From assembly GCA_964016885.1 (NCBI GenBank), contig OZ024742.1, positions 261,082,001 through 261,146,000 on the forward strand: DNA of 64,000 bases, read 5' to 3'. Shown in pieces: positions 38,347-51,271 of this stretch (position 1 is the first letter of the stretch; the number at the start of each line of letters is the position of its first letter). This DNA is from Eledone cirrhosa. Lineage: Eukaryota. The position numbers and the translations under genes were made by a program. The notes beneath the pieces were generated by a model. That model saw nothing but the letters and a program-made list of their open reading frames with translations. It was not told where the DNA came from and did not search any database.

Positions 38347-41300
38347 TATTTACCTTTATTCACATGCATGCACGCACACATACACATACACGTTAAGCGG
38401 TGATGATGATTAGCTGCTTCAGTTTCCGTCTACCAAATTCTACTCACGAGGCATTGAACAACCTGAGGCTATAGTAGAAACACTTGCACAAAATACCATA
38501 CAATGCTACTTAAAGTGAAACCATGTGATTGTGAAGCAACTCCTTAACCATATAGCCATACTTGGTTTGATGTACAAACCATCTTTAGGGAACTGTATTT
38601 GGACCTATACTGTTGCTCACCTAAAATACTCCACTTTTTTTTAGAACTATCACAGAAAAATCAAATATTTTATACAGCTGCTGAACATATCATTTTTCTG
38701 TAGAATAGACTCACTCTACCATCAGACAGATGAAGCAAGTGGCTTTATTTTATCCATTGAACATCCTCTCTCTGAAAAAGGTAAAATTGTACCCTATGAT
38801 GCCTTCGTAGGATACAAAGACCTGTCAACTTACACATCAGAATTTCAGGTCCAACCCTTTTTTGAGAATGTACTAGAACTTTTCAGTCATATGATAGCAA
38901 GTTATAAAACATGAAAATTTCAAGTTTTTGAAGAATCACCTAAATTCTTCCCAGATCTATATCAAACAGATTTATATGCTACACTAGCTAGTCTTCCCTA
39001 CACATCTTTTTAAGACACAGTGTTGTGTGTTTTTGGAAACAAGACTATTATGCATTCACAAGGTATTTATCATTTAACCTAGCACTCATTAATACTTACA
39101 CCAAAACAAATGCAGACACCACATTACATTATTTTTATTGTAATTAATCTTGGTGTTATTGGGTATATTATTTTTTTCTATGTGGTAATTTTATGTTAGC
39201 CTTATGTAATGTACCATATTTTCCGGCATCAAAGACGCTACTTTTTTCCTAAAGTAAGTCTCAAAAGTCTACCATGCATCCTGGAGGCCAAAGGTTGTTT
39301 ATTATTTTTTTTTAAATTTGTGGTTGTCAAAATTAGGGTGTGTCCTCGAGGACAAAGCGTCTTCAGCGCTGGGAAATACGGTAAATAAAAAAAATGAATT
39401 TGTACACAGTTTTCCTTGCTTTCTGATTTCCTCACATATAAAATTTTCTTTTGCACATATTCACTACATGTCCTTTCTAGCCCCACATTGAAACATTCTT
39501 CCTGCCAACCATTAAAGCTAAGCATTTCTTTTTTCTATAGGATTACGCTGCTACGTCTTGCATCTGTTGCAATTTTATTGTTTTCCTTGTACGACAAGTT
39601 GGTAGAAGCTGATGACGAAAATGATTGCAATTTCAAAAACAATAAAAAAATTAAGGTACGTGTGTGTATGTTTTGTATGTTTGTGTATGTGTTGTATGTG
39701 TCATATGTTGCATGTGTCATATGTTGTGTGTGTATGTGTTGTGTGCCTGTTGTGTATGTATGTGGTGTGTATATGTGTTGTGTGTATGTGTTGTGGCTGT
39801 ATATGTATTTATGTGTGTTATGTTATGTGTGAACTACCAGGTTATAGGGCATAAACATAAACACAAACACAAACATAAACATAGACACAGACACTTCTGC
39901 AGTTTTGATCTACCAAATTCCACTAACAGGGTATTGGTCACTCACAGACTATAGTAAAAGATACTTGCCAAAGCTGCCATACAGCATGACTAAATCCAAT
40001 GCCATGTATTTGCAAAGTGAACTCCTTAACCTCACAGCATGTCTGCACTTATGTTCAATTTACAAATGACATTTTCAGAATATGTGTTAAAAGTTCTCTT
40101 TCTTAATCTGAAAAACCCTGCTTTTTCAGACTACTACTTAACCCTTTACCATTTACATTACTCTATATTTACTATTGTATTTTCGCAGCAAAGGCTTTAC
40201 CTCACATAATTATCTCACATAATATTAAATCTATGAGATTTTGATATTATTTATTTTGAGAACAATACCTTAACATTAGTATGAGCGGTATGAGCGGCTG
40301 GTTACAACTGGTTTGAACAGAAAGAGGCGAGAGAATTCTGGCTGGTTTAAATGCTAAAGGGTTAAACACTTGGAAAAGTGTGAGGCTCATTATCACAAGG
40401 TCATGAGATCAATTCTTGATGGCACATTGTGTTTTTGAACAAGACACTTTATTTCATGCTGCTTTTGTCCACACAGCCAGAAACAAATGAGTTGTACCAA
40501 CTTTATTACACACAGTGTCACACTGAATCTCCCTATATTTACGCATGTATGTCGAATGCTCAATTAATTTCATGAGCAGGCTGTTGGGTTTTTAATCATA
40601 ACACTGTAAATTTTCATAACAATCTGTCCACTAATGAAGATAATATAAACATTTAAATTAGCAAACCTGTTTTTAGATATTTTCTGCTAAATCATTATAG
40701 GATATTAAGAGTTAAATAGTGCTGTACTAATTGATCTGTCTTATTTGTATTTCAGTGCTGGGAAACTTATGTAGGACAACAATTTTTCAAATTGATCATT
40801 CTAGATTTTGCTATTGTCATTTTTGTCAATCTCATCATACATACATTGCGCAGGTAAAAAACATTGCCCTTTATTTTTTCCTTTCTCTCTACCCCTCCCC
40901 CCCTTTTTTTTTCAATCTTTCTAAGTCTATAGAGTGATCTAAGGATTATTATTATCATTATTATTATAAAGTTTTTCTTTTTATCCCTGTTTGTTTCTAT
41001 TGTCAACCAAAATCTGCACTGTAGTACCTGCAAATAACCTAGTGAATATATTGTTCTACCTGGTCAAGTTTAACTTTATAAACGCTGGCAGCAAAGACTG
41101 GGCATCGGATTAGAATATGATTTATTGTTTCTGGATATTTGTCACAAAAATGACAAAGAGAGTCAACATCGTTCCTGAGAACATGAGCCTGATGATTTTT
41201 TTTTTTGTATGCAAGCTTTGATTCTGTGCAGCAAGGATGAATCCTTCTGTCTCTGCCTTTAACCCAAGCCACATAACCACTGATGGGTTTCACATCGGTC

Positions 41301-44300
41301 TACATCAGCGTCTTGGATATGTTGTGTGTATTGACCATGAAGAGGCTTCTCCTGCCCTTCATCAAATAAGGATTTGTCATTTAGTCTGTCAAATCCTTAT
41401 TTTTTTGCCTTTCCTAATGCCAACCACATTACAGTGTGGATTAGGTGCATTTTATCATGACACTAAAACGACCATCTAACAGAGTGGGTGGTTTTTGTTG
41501 TGTTACCAACATGACCACTTTACAGGGTGGCTTGGACAGTTTTTGTCATGTTACCAGCATGACTACCTTACAGAGTGGACTGGCTACTTTTTGTCATGTC
41601 ATTTCACTCTACTTTTAAAAAGTCAGTGGATAATGGTTCATCCGATTTTGAAATAATGTTTCTTCAGATTATTTTGTTGTTCCTCTTCCTTTAATTTTGT
41701 TTCTATTTTTTGCCATTTTATTATTATTATTTGACTGTTTATCACAACCAACTCTGGTCTCACTTTGGACCGGTTATTTTAGGGAATACTAGGCTACAAT
41801 TAGTAACCTAGGGTAACTCCAGCTTTTTCATATCATTCCTTGTCATTTCACTACTGTAGTAGTCCAGAATCTTTCTCAATATTCAAGCTATTCCAAATAG
41901 GCATGTCTTCTGGAGTGGTTCAATATTTGGTGCAAAGTCTATTTTCGACAGGTAGTTTTCAAGGTTCTTTTTCACCATGCCAAAAGCACCAATCAGCACT
42001 GGGACAATGGTGACTGTCTTCACCATTGTCCAATATTTCAAGATCTTATTATTTTCATTATTCGTTTTTCCTCTTTCTTCAGTATTGTTCTGTTTTTTTT
42101 TGCCAAGTGTCTCCCTGACACCTAGGACAAATAAACTCACTGTATACATTGGTACACCAGTTAACACACCATAGTGACTATATTTACAGTTTAATATATA
42201 TTTAATTTGTCATTCCCTGACACTTTTTCTGTTGTGTGTTTGTACCATCTTTTTTCTGTTGGTATTTCATAAGGCTGACATAATTTCCAGTGTATGAAGA
42301 TCCCAACTATCATATGCCTGTGGATATATTCCTTTTTGGCTAGAGCAGGGCATCCAGAGACAATGTGTTTGATTGTTTCTTCCCCATCCCCACATATTAT
42401 ACAGTTACTTATTGTGCTTTGTTTCATTAAGCACTTCTGGTAGTTTCTGGTGGGTAGACTCGGGTCCTGCACTGCAATTAGAAATCCTTCCATCTTAGCT
42501 TTTAGTCCAGTGCTTCTGAGCCAGTTTTGTGTGTTTACTTTGTCTACTTCCAGATAATATGCTTTAAGTTTCGGCCCTTTACACTCTAAGTTCAAATCCT
42601 GCCGAGGTTAGCTTTGCCTTTCATCCTTATGGGGTCAATAAAATTAAGCACCAGTAATGTACTGGAGTCGATTTAATCGACTTTTCCCTCTCCCCAAATT
42701 GTTGGCCTTGTGCCTAAACTAGAAACCTTTATTATCATTATTGTGTTTTTCTGTTTAGATCAGTTCTATTTCTTTATTGCCGGGTTCAGATCTTGAACTT
42801 AGGGCTTTCGTTGTAGAGAGAGAACTTATCTAAGAATGTATGCTGTTCCTAGTAGCCCGATCTTCTGTAGCTCATATTTGCTGATCTTGTAGGGAAGGAT
42901 ACTATGGTGCAGGTCTGAGGATTTAGGTATTAATCCTAACGCTCCTGTTACCACAGGGATACCACATGCAGTTTGACAGTTTTTCCATTGTTTTTACATG
43001 TATTCTTGTCAGATGGTACAGAAATATCTATAAGGTTAAATGTCTGATCTGTTTTGTTTTTTTAATGATGATATCTGGTCTGTTGGCAGCGATTACTCGG
43101 TCAGTTATCACAGGTGGTTTTAGGTAATTTGACTCCTGGTAATTTGACTCTCGGTATTTTAACTCCGGTAATTTGACCCCTGGTAATTTGACTGCCAGTC
43201 AGTTTTATCCCAGTAATTTCACTCCTGATATTATAAAAAAATGAAATTTTGAAATTCATGATCATTATTTTGGCAGTATAGGTAGAGGGTCGGACGCCAT
43301 GCTTTCCAGCATAGTTACGTCCCTTTACTATCTGAGTTCAAATCCCGCCGAGGTTGACTTTGCCTTTCATCCTTACGGGGTCGATAAAATAAAGTACCAG
43401 TAATGTACTGGGTAATTGCTGGCTTTGTGCCAAAAGTAGAAACAATTATTATTTCCAGCATAGTTACGTCCCTTTACGATCTGAGTTCAAATCCCACCGA
43501 GGTTGACTTTGCTTTCATCTTTACGGGGTCGATAAAATAAAGTACCAGTAATGCACTGGGTAATTGATGGCCTTGTGCCAAAAGTAGAAACAATTATTAT
43601 TATTATTATTATTTATTATCAGTTCAAAACTTAAAAACCAATACAGTATTTGTAATATAAACAAGTAAATATACTAGTTTTGAGTTGATGAATTTCAACA
43701 TTTCATTTTTTTTCTAATATCAGGAGTGAAATTGACTGGCACTCAAATTACTGGGGTCAAATTATTGCAGCCAAAATACTGGGAGTGAAATTACCAGGAG
43801 TCAAATTACCAGCTACCACCACAGGCATATCCCACAAGATCAATATATTGCTCTTTTCCATAACTGTTTTTGGTTGATGTTTATACCATTTGTCAGAAGT
43901 TTGGATATCATGAAAGCAGCAGAGCATCCAGTGCACATATTTGACAATGGGGTTATATCTTTCTATATAGTCAGTTTTTGCCAGCTCTGGACACCCGGAC
44001 ATAACATGATCTACTGTTTCTTCATATTTGTAGCATAGAGGGCTAGTCCCATTTTTCACTATTCTGTGTCTATTGGCCCGAGTGTTTAAAGATTGGTCTT
44101 GTGCAGCAACTAAGAGTCCCTCAGTCTCTGCTTTCAAACCAGCACTTCTGAGCCAAGATAGTGAGCCATACTGATTGATATCATTGTCAGAGAGTTGTTC
44201 TGGGAATATACCATGTAGTGGGTTTGTCTTCTATTCACGGTTTAGTTCCTATGTTTGGAGTTTCTTTGCTTTAATCTTCACAATCATAGCTAGCTGTGTA

Positions 44301-47300
44301 GCACTCTGAAGTTTTGTCTAGTCTATCAAGTCCTGCATTTTGGTATAGTGTTGGTATAATATCTGCCAGAACAGTACATCATCATCATCATCTTCGTTTA
44401 ACGTCCATTTTCCACGCTAGCATGGGTTAGACGGGAGTTGTCCCACTTGAGGCAAAGTTGGTCGGGTGACCGTGTCTCGCTCATATAGGACTATCTGGCA
44501 GGTTTTCTATGGCTGGATGCCCTTCCTAACACCAAACAAATAATAATAATGAAAGATAAAAAAAAAACCACCTGACTGGATAGCAACTTACCTTCTCCCA
44601 AAGAACAATGAAACTAAGGATCCAAAAAAACTATCAGCTCATAACCTACTTGTCCACCACTTATAAGCTCATTCTCTATTCTTATGGAGAAAGCATATGT
44701 GTTTATGAAGGAGAACAATCTTTTCCCCATTGAACAAAAAGGTTGTTCTCAGGAACCATCAACTTTCAACTTCCATCCCATATCATTTGGTGAGGGGATT
44801 CCTGGTATTTGCTCCAAATTGTGTTGAAATAGGCCTGCTTGATAATCAGCATACATTATGTGCTTTACAAGAGAATCTTTGTTTGGAAGAAGTAACTCAA
44901 TATTTTCACCTGGACTGAGAAATTTCTTCCATTGGGTTGGATACTTCTGGTTATAACTTAAATAGGAACCCTTTATCCCATTTGATTCCAAACCACCTGA
45001 AATTGCTACTGGTTCTATGATACTAATCTGTTTATTTTAAAGTGTTTATATTTGACTAAAACCTCTCAATCATAATTTTGTATAAGAACCTTTGTTAAGA
45101 TATGCTCCACTATTTATATTACTAAATCCATCAAAATTCTTGATTATTTTCAAAATGATTTGAAAATCATAGCCCTTATCTTTCATTAGAAATATAATAT
45201 TGAAAGGGTTAAAATGGTTGGTTTTGTTTCATATAACCAGAAGTGGTTTTGACTGATTTGGTATCAAAATGATTAATTCATTTTTTTTTACTTCCTCTCT
45301 TTAGGCTGCTCTATAATTTTTTCCACAAGAATGATCAATTAGATTCAAGCACGGAAAATACAGAGGATGGGAATGAAGAGAACGACAGCAATGCATGTAG
45401 GAGGTATTTCTCATGTCTCGTAAACTTTATTGGACCTCAAGAATTTGAACTGCCTCAGAATGTGCTAGATATTGTCTACCTTCAGTCTCTCTGTTGGTAA
45501 GTAATTGTGTTGATATGACAACGGTGTATATACTGTCATTTGTATGTGGCTTTGTGGTTAGTGTTTAGCTTAAGGATGTGAGTTCAATTCAAGACATGTT
45601 ATTTCACATTGCTCCAGTCCTCTCACCTGACAAAATGGAGTTGAATATGTAATTTAAGGGGCTAGCCTTGTCACACATGCAACACTTTGAGAACTACATT
45701 TAAAGTACAGATATCAGTGCAATGCATAGCCACTTGCATGTTACTTTTATCAGTATACTTTTATTTGTATACCTTTATCAGTAGTGGTGCCAAGACAATG
45801 GTGCTTATGTTTGTTATAATCAAGGTTACTGTGATGGTATATATAGGCAGTGAAGTGACAGACATTAGAACGTTGGATAACATTCTTGTGTCAATTCTTC
45901 CTCAATATCACTTTCTCATTTCTCTCTTGCCTTCTCTCTCCCTCTCTCTTTACTTCTCTCTCCCTTCTCTTTCTCTCCTTCCCCTTCTCTCTTTCTCTCT
46001 CAGAAGAAGAAGAAGAGGAAAAAGAAGAAATTGATTATGTTCCTATCTAGAGAAGGATGGGCTTTGCCATGGGTGATTGCAAGGCTTAAGGTATTGGAAT
46101 AGCCAAACATCCTTGCAAGCATCACCTGATACTCCAGTAACATGAGTGAGAGTGGGGATGAGGTGCTAGAAAATCCAAGTACTCCCATGAGCATCACCTG
46201 ATACTTCAGTAAGGCTTGGTGATAATGGGGCTGAAGTGTTGGAATAGCCAAGCACTCTCATGAGTATCGCTTGATACTTCAGTGTGTTTATATGTACAAT
46301 ATCTTCAAGATAATCATCAGACAGCTTAAAAATTATTTTTCTATTTTAGGCTTGGCACCTTTTTCAGTCCGTTGAGTCCAGCCATAATCACTGTACAGTT
46401 TTTCATCATCTTCTATGTCAAAAAGGTGAGTTAAACAACATCATCTAATGTTTGGAATTTAAGGCAGAATGTTTAGAATATGTACACTATATTTCTGTAT
46501 GACGTAAGAGGCAACTAAAAGAGTTGTCATATGGAAGGGCACTGGGCCATAAAACATTGCCTCAAAAAAGACCTCATGATGAGTTTCACATATGGGCAGG
46601 GTACAGCCCAACGTATCTTGTGGGGATCCCCAGTCCCTTTTGTCAAAACTTAAAGTTGGGAATCCTGTTCAAACAAGGGAGGAATGGTGAAAGGAAGACA
46701 AGGACAAAAGTTCAAGTTTATATGGCAATGGTTTCTGGAAGGTGTGCATTGTATTGTTGTCTTGATTTCTGTAGCATTTGTAGACAGTGTGGTGAGGGTG
46801 ACTAGAATGAGTAATGGCTGATGATATTGAAACTGGTGTTTGGAAAGTTCTTGCTAAATATAATTTGAGGATATGTCCCACAGGCAAGTCAGAGTGTCAA
46901 AGAGAAAAGATAAAGTGAAGGTTGGAGAGCACCACAGGTCAGTATTAATCCCTCTACTCTTTGTAGTTGTGATAGAGTTACTTGACCAATATGTAAAGGA
47001 GGGTTTTCTATGGCAGCTGCTGTACTCAGATGGTAGATAAGTGAATATTGAAAAGACAAAGGTGATGTCAGGTAGTAAAGCTTTTGGTGAGATGGAAAGA
47101 ACAGGAAAGTGCCCGTGTGCAGTGTGCCAGAAGTGTGTTGGTGTGAACCTCATTAAAAGTATATGTACTGTGTGGGTACATTGAAAATGTAGTGATGTGA
47201 AAGGATTATTAAATAATGTGGCAGCTACATATAAGTGTAAAGTGTATATAAGGAGAGCTACAGATGGAGATGACATTTAGGTGCATTACAGCTTGCAATA

Positions 47301-50300
47301 GTATCTAGAGTGAGAGGAACTGAATTGTGTGCTAGTGAGGAGGGAAGTGTTGCTGAAACTGAATAGAAAGGTGTATGTGGCATGTGTAAGAAGTGCCATG
47401 ATTTATAGTAACAAGACATGGATGATGAATGTGGAGCAGCAGAGAAGACTGGAAAGAATGGAAATGAGAGTGGTCTGGAGGGTGAGTGAAGTATCATTTA
47501 GAAAGAAGGTAAAGAATGAATTGCAGAGGGAGATGGGAATAGAATCAATGATAAATGTTGTAAAGAGAAATGGAATAAGATGGCTGAGTCATGTGTTGTG
47601 GAAGGATGAAAGTGAATTAGAGGAGAGATGGAAATGAATGTGGAAGGAAGTAGAGGAAGAAGAAGAAGAAAGACAGCTAAAAATGATGGAAGAAGAAATG
47701 AAAGCCTGGTGTTTGTTGAGGAAGGGGGTGCAGTTGATAGGGAAAAGTGGATAAACTTATGGGGCCTGCATGGCTAACTCCTGCTTTAGCAGAAAAGAAT
47801 ATCTTAAAACACTTGTTGTTTTTGTTGTTGGTTGGTATTGAAGATACTGTATAGCACTATGCTTCTTAAATATACCTTATACAGCCAGACTAGCATCATC
47901 GTCATCAATGTTTTACATACATTTTTCATACTGGCAAAGGTTGGACAGGTTGTTGATGAGGGTGGGGGGTGGGGGACCTGACAGGTCAGATGACTACATC
48001 TTGCTTATATGTTCCATCTTGGCTTATATGTTCCATCTATGGCTAAATGTCGTTTTTCACACCAATCTCTTTTATTGTATCACTAACACTACCACTTTAC
48101 AGAGTGTACTGCATGCATTTTATCTTGGCACCAGCATTACTATTTTACAGTTTGTATTTGGTGCATTTTATTGAATCACCAGCACTAAATCTTAACATAG
48201 TGTACTGGGTGCAGTTTATCATAACACCAGCATTAACACTTTACAGAAGTGTACTGGGTGCTTTATATTTTGACTCCATACTAACACTTACAGAGTGTAC
48301 TGGGTGCTGTTTATCATGGCTCCACCACTACCAATGTAAGGAGATCATTTCAATGAACTATAAGCCTTTAATCCACAAAATTTAGTCTTGTATCTTGTTT
48401 AGTGCTTTTGTTAACCAAACATGCTGAAACTGCCCCTTGTTCAACAATATAAAATAAATAAAAAAATTTTAATTAATAATATTTTTCTAAAAACCTTCCA
48501 TCATAATTTTATGTAAGGACATTTTTTATGTTCCAAACACCAGCTTAACTATTTGATATAAAACTGCATGAAACCATACCTGATTCTATGATAGAAAAAT
48601 ATTTATTTTAAAGTGTTTATATTTATCTAAAAGCTTTCCATCATAATTTTATGTAAGAACCTTTGTTAAATTATGCCCCAAACAGCAGCTCAATAATGAG
48701 AAAGTTATAATAATAAATTCCTCCAAATTCTTGATTATTTAAAGAATTATTTTAAAATCATAGACAGTGTCTTTCATTAGAAATATGATTAGGAAAAAGT
48801 TAATGCTAATGAATTTTTAAGCTGATAACCTTCAAATTTCCAACTACCTATTCTAGTACTATCATGGCTTGTAATCACATTTGTTTTAATGTTTCTATCT
48901 ATTTTTGCAGTTTACCCTGTCATATAACTGTGTTCAAGCTGTGCGACCATTCCGCTCATCAAAGTCCAGCTCTTTGTTCATGTTTTCTGTGCTGCTTTCT
49001 TTCTCTCTGTGTATATTACCAATCAGTTTTGTCATTGTCTCGTAAGTAGATACATACAGTACATACTACTTTCTTCTCATAGACTGAGTGAACCCTCATC
49101 TCAATACTCGCTTACACAGAATATATATGTATATACACACACACACACACACTCATATATATATATATATATCATCATTTAACATCTGTTTTTCTATGCT
49201 GGCTTTAGTTGGACAGGTCGTCACAGATCATGTTTATTTTAGTCAGTCATATTGACCTCAGTACTTATTTTTTTTTTAGTTCAGTATTTATTTTATCAAT
49301 CTCTTTTTTTCTTAAACCACTAAGTTATGAGATATAAACACAGACACAAATATAAACATAAACATGGACACACACATACATATATGTTGAACTTTTGCAG
49401 TTTCTGTCTACCAAACTCCACTTAAAAGGCATTGGTTGCAAAAGAAACTCCTTAAATACTGAGCCATACCAGTGCCTATATATTTATATATATCATCATC
49501 ATCAAAAAATCTATTTTCCATACTAGTGAGGGTCAGACAGTTCATCACAGACCAAGTTAGTTCTTAATTAGAACTACTGACCTCTCAGATGAGCAGTGAC
49601 ATCTCACTCACATATTTTACTGCACTCTACAGGGTGCGTCAGGTGTATTTTATTTGGGCATCAGCACTAGGGAAGTTGAGATATCTTTGACACAACTGAA
49701 AAGTCCATTCAACTCTTTTTTTACAAGTTTTCTATGGTTGCCCTTCATAAATCAATCCACTCTACAGAGTATACTGGGTACATCTTACCATGTCACCAAC
49801 ACTATATATATGTATATAAGACAAACACAAATATACAATAACAATGGTCTTATTAGCTTCATGCTTGCAAAAGGAAAAAGGAAAGTTCAACATATCAGAC
49901 ATTAGTCCTTCCTCAGGAGTAGAGGAAACACAAAGATAAGGTTCAAGGGCCATTTGTTTTAGAAATAATTGTTTCTACTTTTGGCACAAGACCAGCAATT
50001 ATCCCAGTGCATTACTGGTGCTTAATTTTATTGACCCCATAAGGATGAAAGGCAAAGTTAACCTTGGCAGGATTTGAACTCTGACTGTAAAGGGCCAAAA
50101 CTCTGCTGCAAAGCATGGCGTCCGATCCTCTACTGATACTGCCAATCCACCACCTTTTGTCTTAGAAATAATGTTATATACAAGTATGAAGTCTTAACAT
50201 AACTCTTACAATTACATAGGAGCAACTGAAAATAACTTTAAAATCCATTTTATTTGCATTTACATTCATTTAAGAATGAAAAAATTATAAAACTTTACTT

Positions 50301-51222
50301 TGTTAGTTAAATGAATTAGGCATTTAAAAAGTGATGGTCTAAAATACTCTCTTAAGTGGGCTATTATTATTTTTGCAAAACCTTATGGAAGGGATAGAAC
50401 CAAATGCAATCTTTGTCTGACCGAAGTGCTAGAAATAATTACTTCGAAAATTATCCTTCTCAATTCTAAAAACGAAATAATCCCTTCTTATCCACATAGA
50501 ACATTCCATTCTTTCTTTTATAAAAACTTATTAATTATTAATTATACCCATGACACCCTTGTTTAAATAAGTTTATTAACACTTAGAAAATTAGTATCAT
50601 ATAATATTTATACCCTACCTTTATGTTAAACTATCTTGTAAAATTCATATCTGTTACCCCTTTTTTTTTTTACTACTATGTTTAATGAACCCTAATTTTT
50701 ATTTCACACACATACACACAAATGTTCTAAAAGTTTTCCTTTTGTTCTCCCATTTATCCTATAACTGTATCCCTATCAATATTATATCACCAACCTTATT
50801 CTTAAAGTAGCTTATCTCTTCTGTACTGATATGGTTTAGTTATTGAAATCTCTTTTATTTTAATTATAGATATATTTATTAGTTTTTATGCTTCCATAAC
50901 AACACTTACAACGTGATAATAGACTTTATAATTCTGATTAGTATAAATTTTGCTCAATTTTAGTGTATAACCTTTTGTAACAACATATAATTTGTGAAAT
51001 ACCTATAGTTACTGAATATAAATATTTTATCATTTATAAATTTAATTTACTATTTTAGGTTTCCATAATTTTAATGTTTTCCTTAATCTTCACTTTCTTT
51101 TTTTTTTCCACTAAGGCCGTAAAAGGTAAATTAATTGTGTTTGATGGATTCTGACAAACTATTCTTGCAGGATTGATCCATTCATTCCTGTAAGTTTTAA
51201 TAATAATCCTTGTCTGAACTTT

Positions 51223-51271
<49 letters not shown>

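Noticed and set aside
45401-45412. Internal in-frame acceptor (TGTAG|G) that would skip the acidic TMC insertion
   Set aside because: The upstream sequence is purine-rich with no polypyrimidine tract, unlike the strong acceptor at 45304
51140-51180. SECIS element in the Penelope-like 3' UTR (TTGA-N11-AA-N17-GA spacing)
   Set aside because: Lacks the RUGA purine, helix II is short, a stronger competing hairpin (CTTGCAGGATTGA/TCATTCCTGTAAG) overlaps it, and no TGA sits at a Cys position
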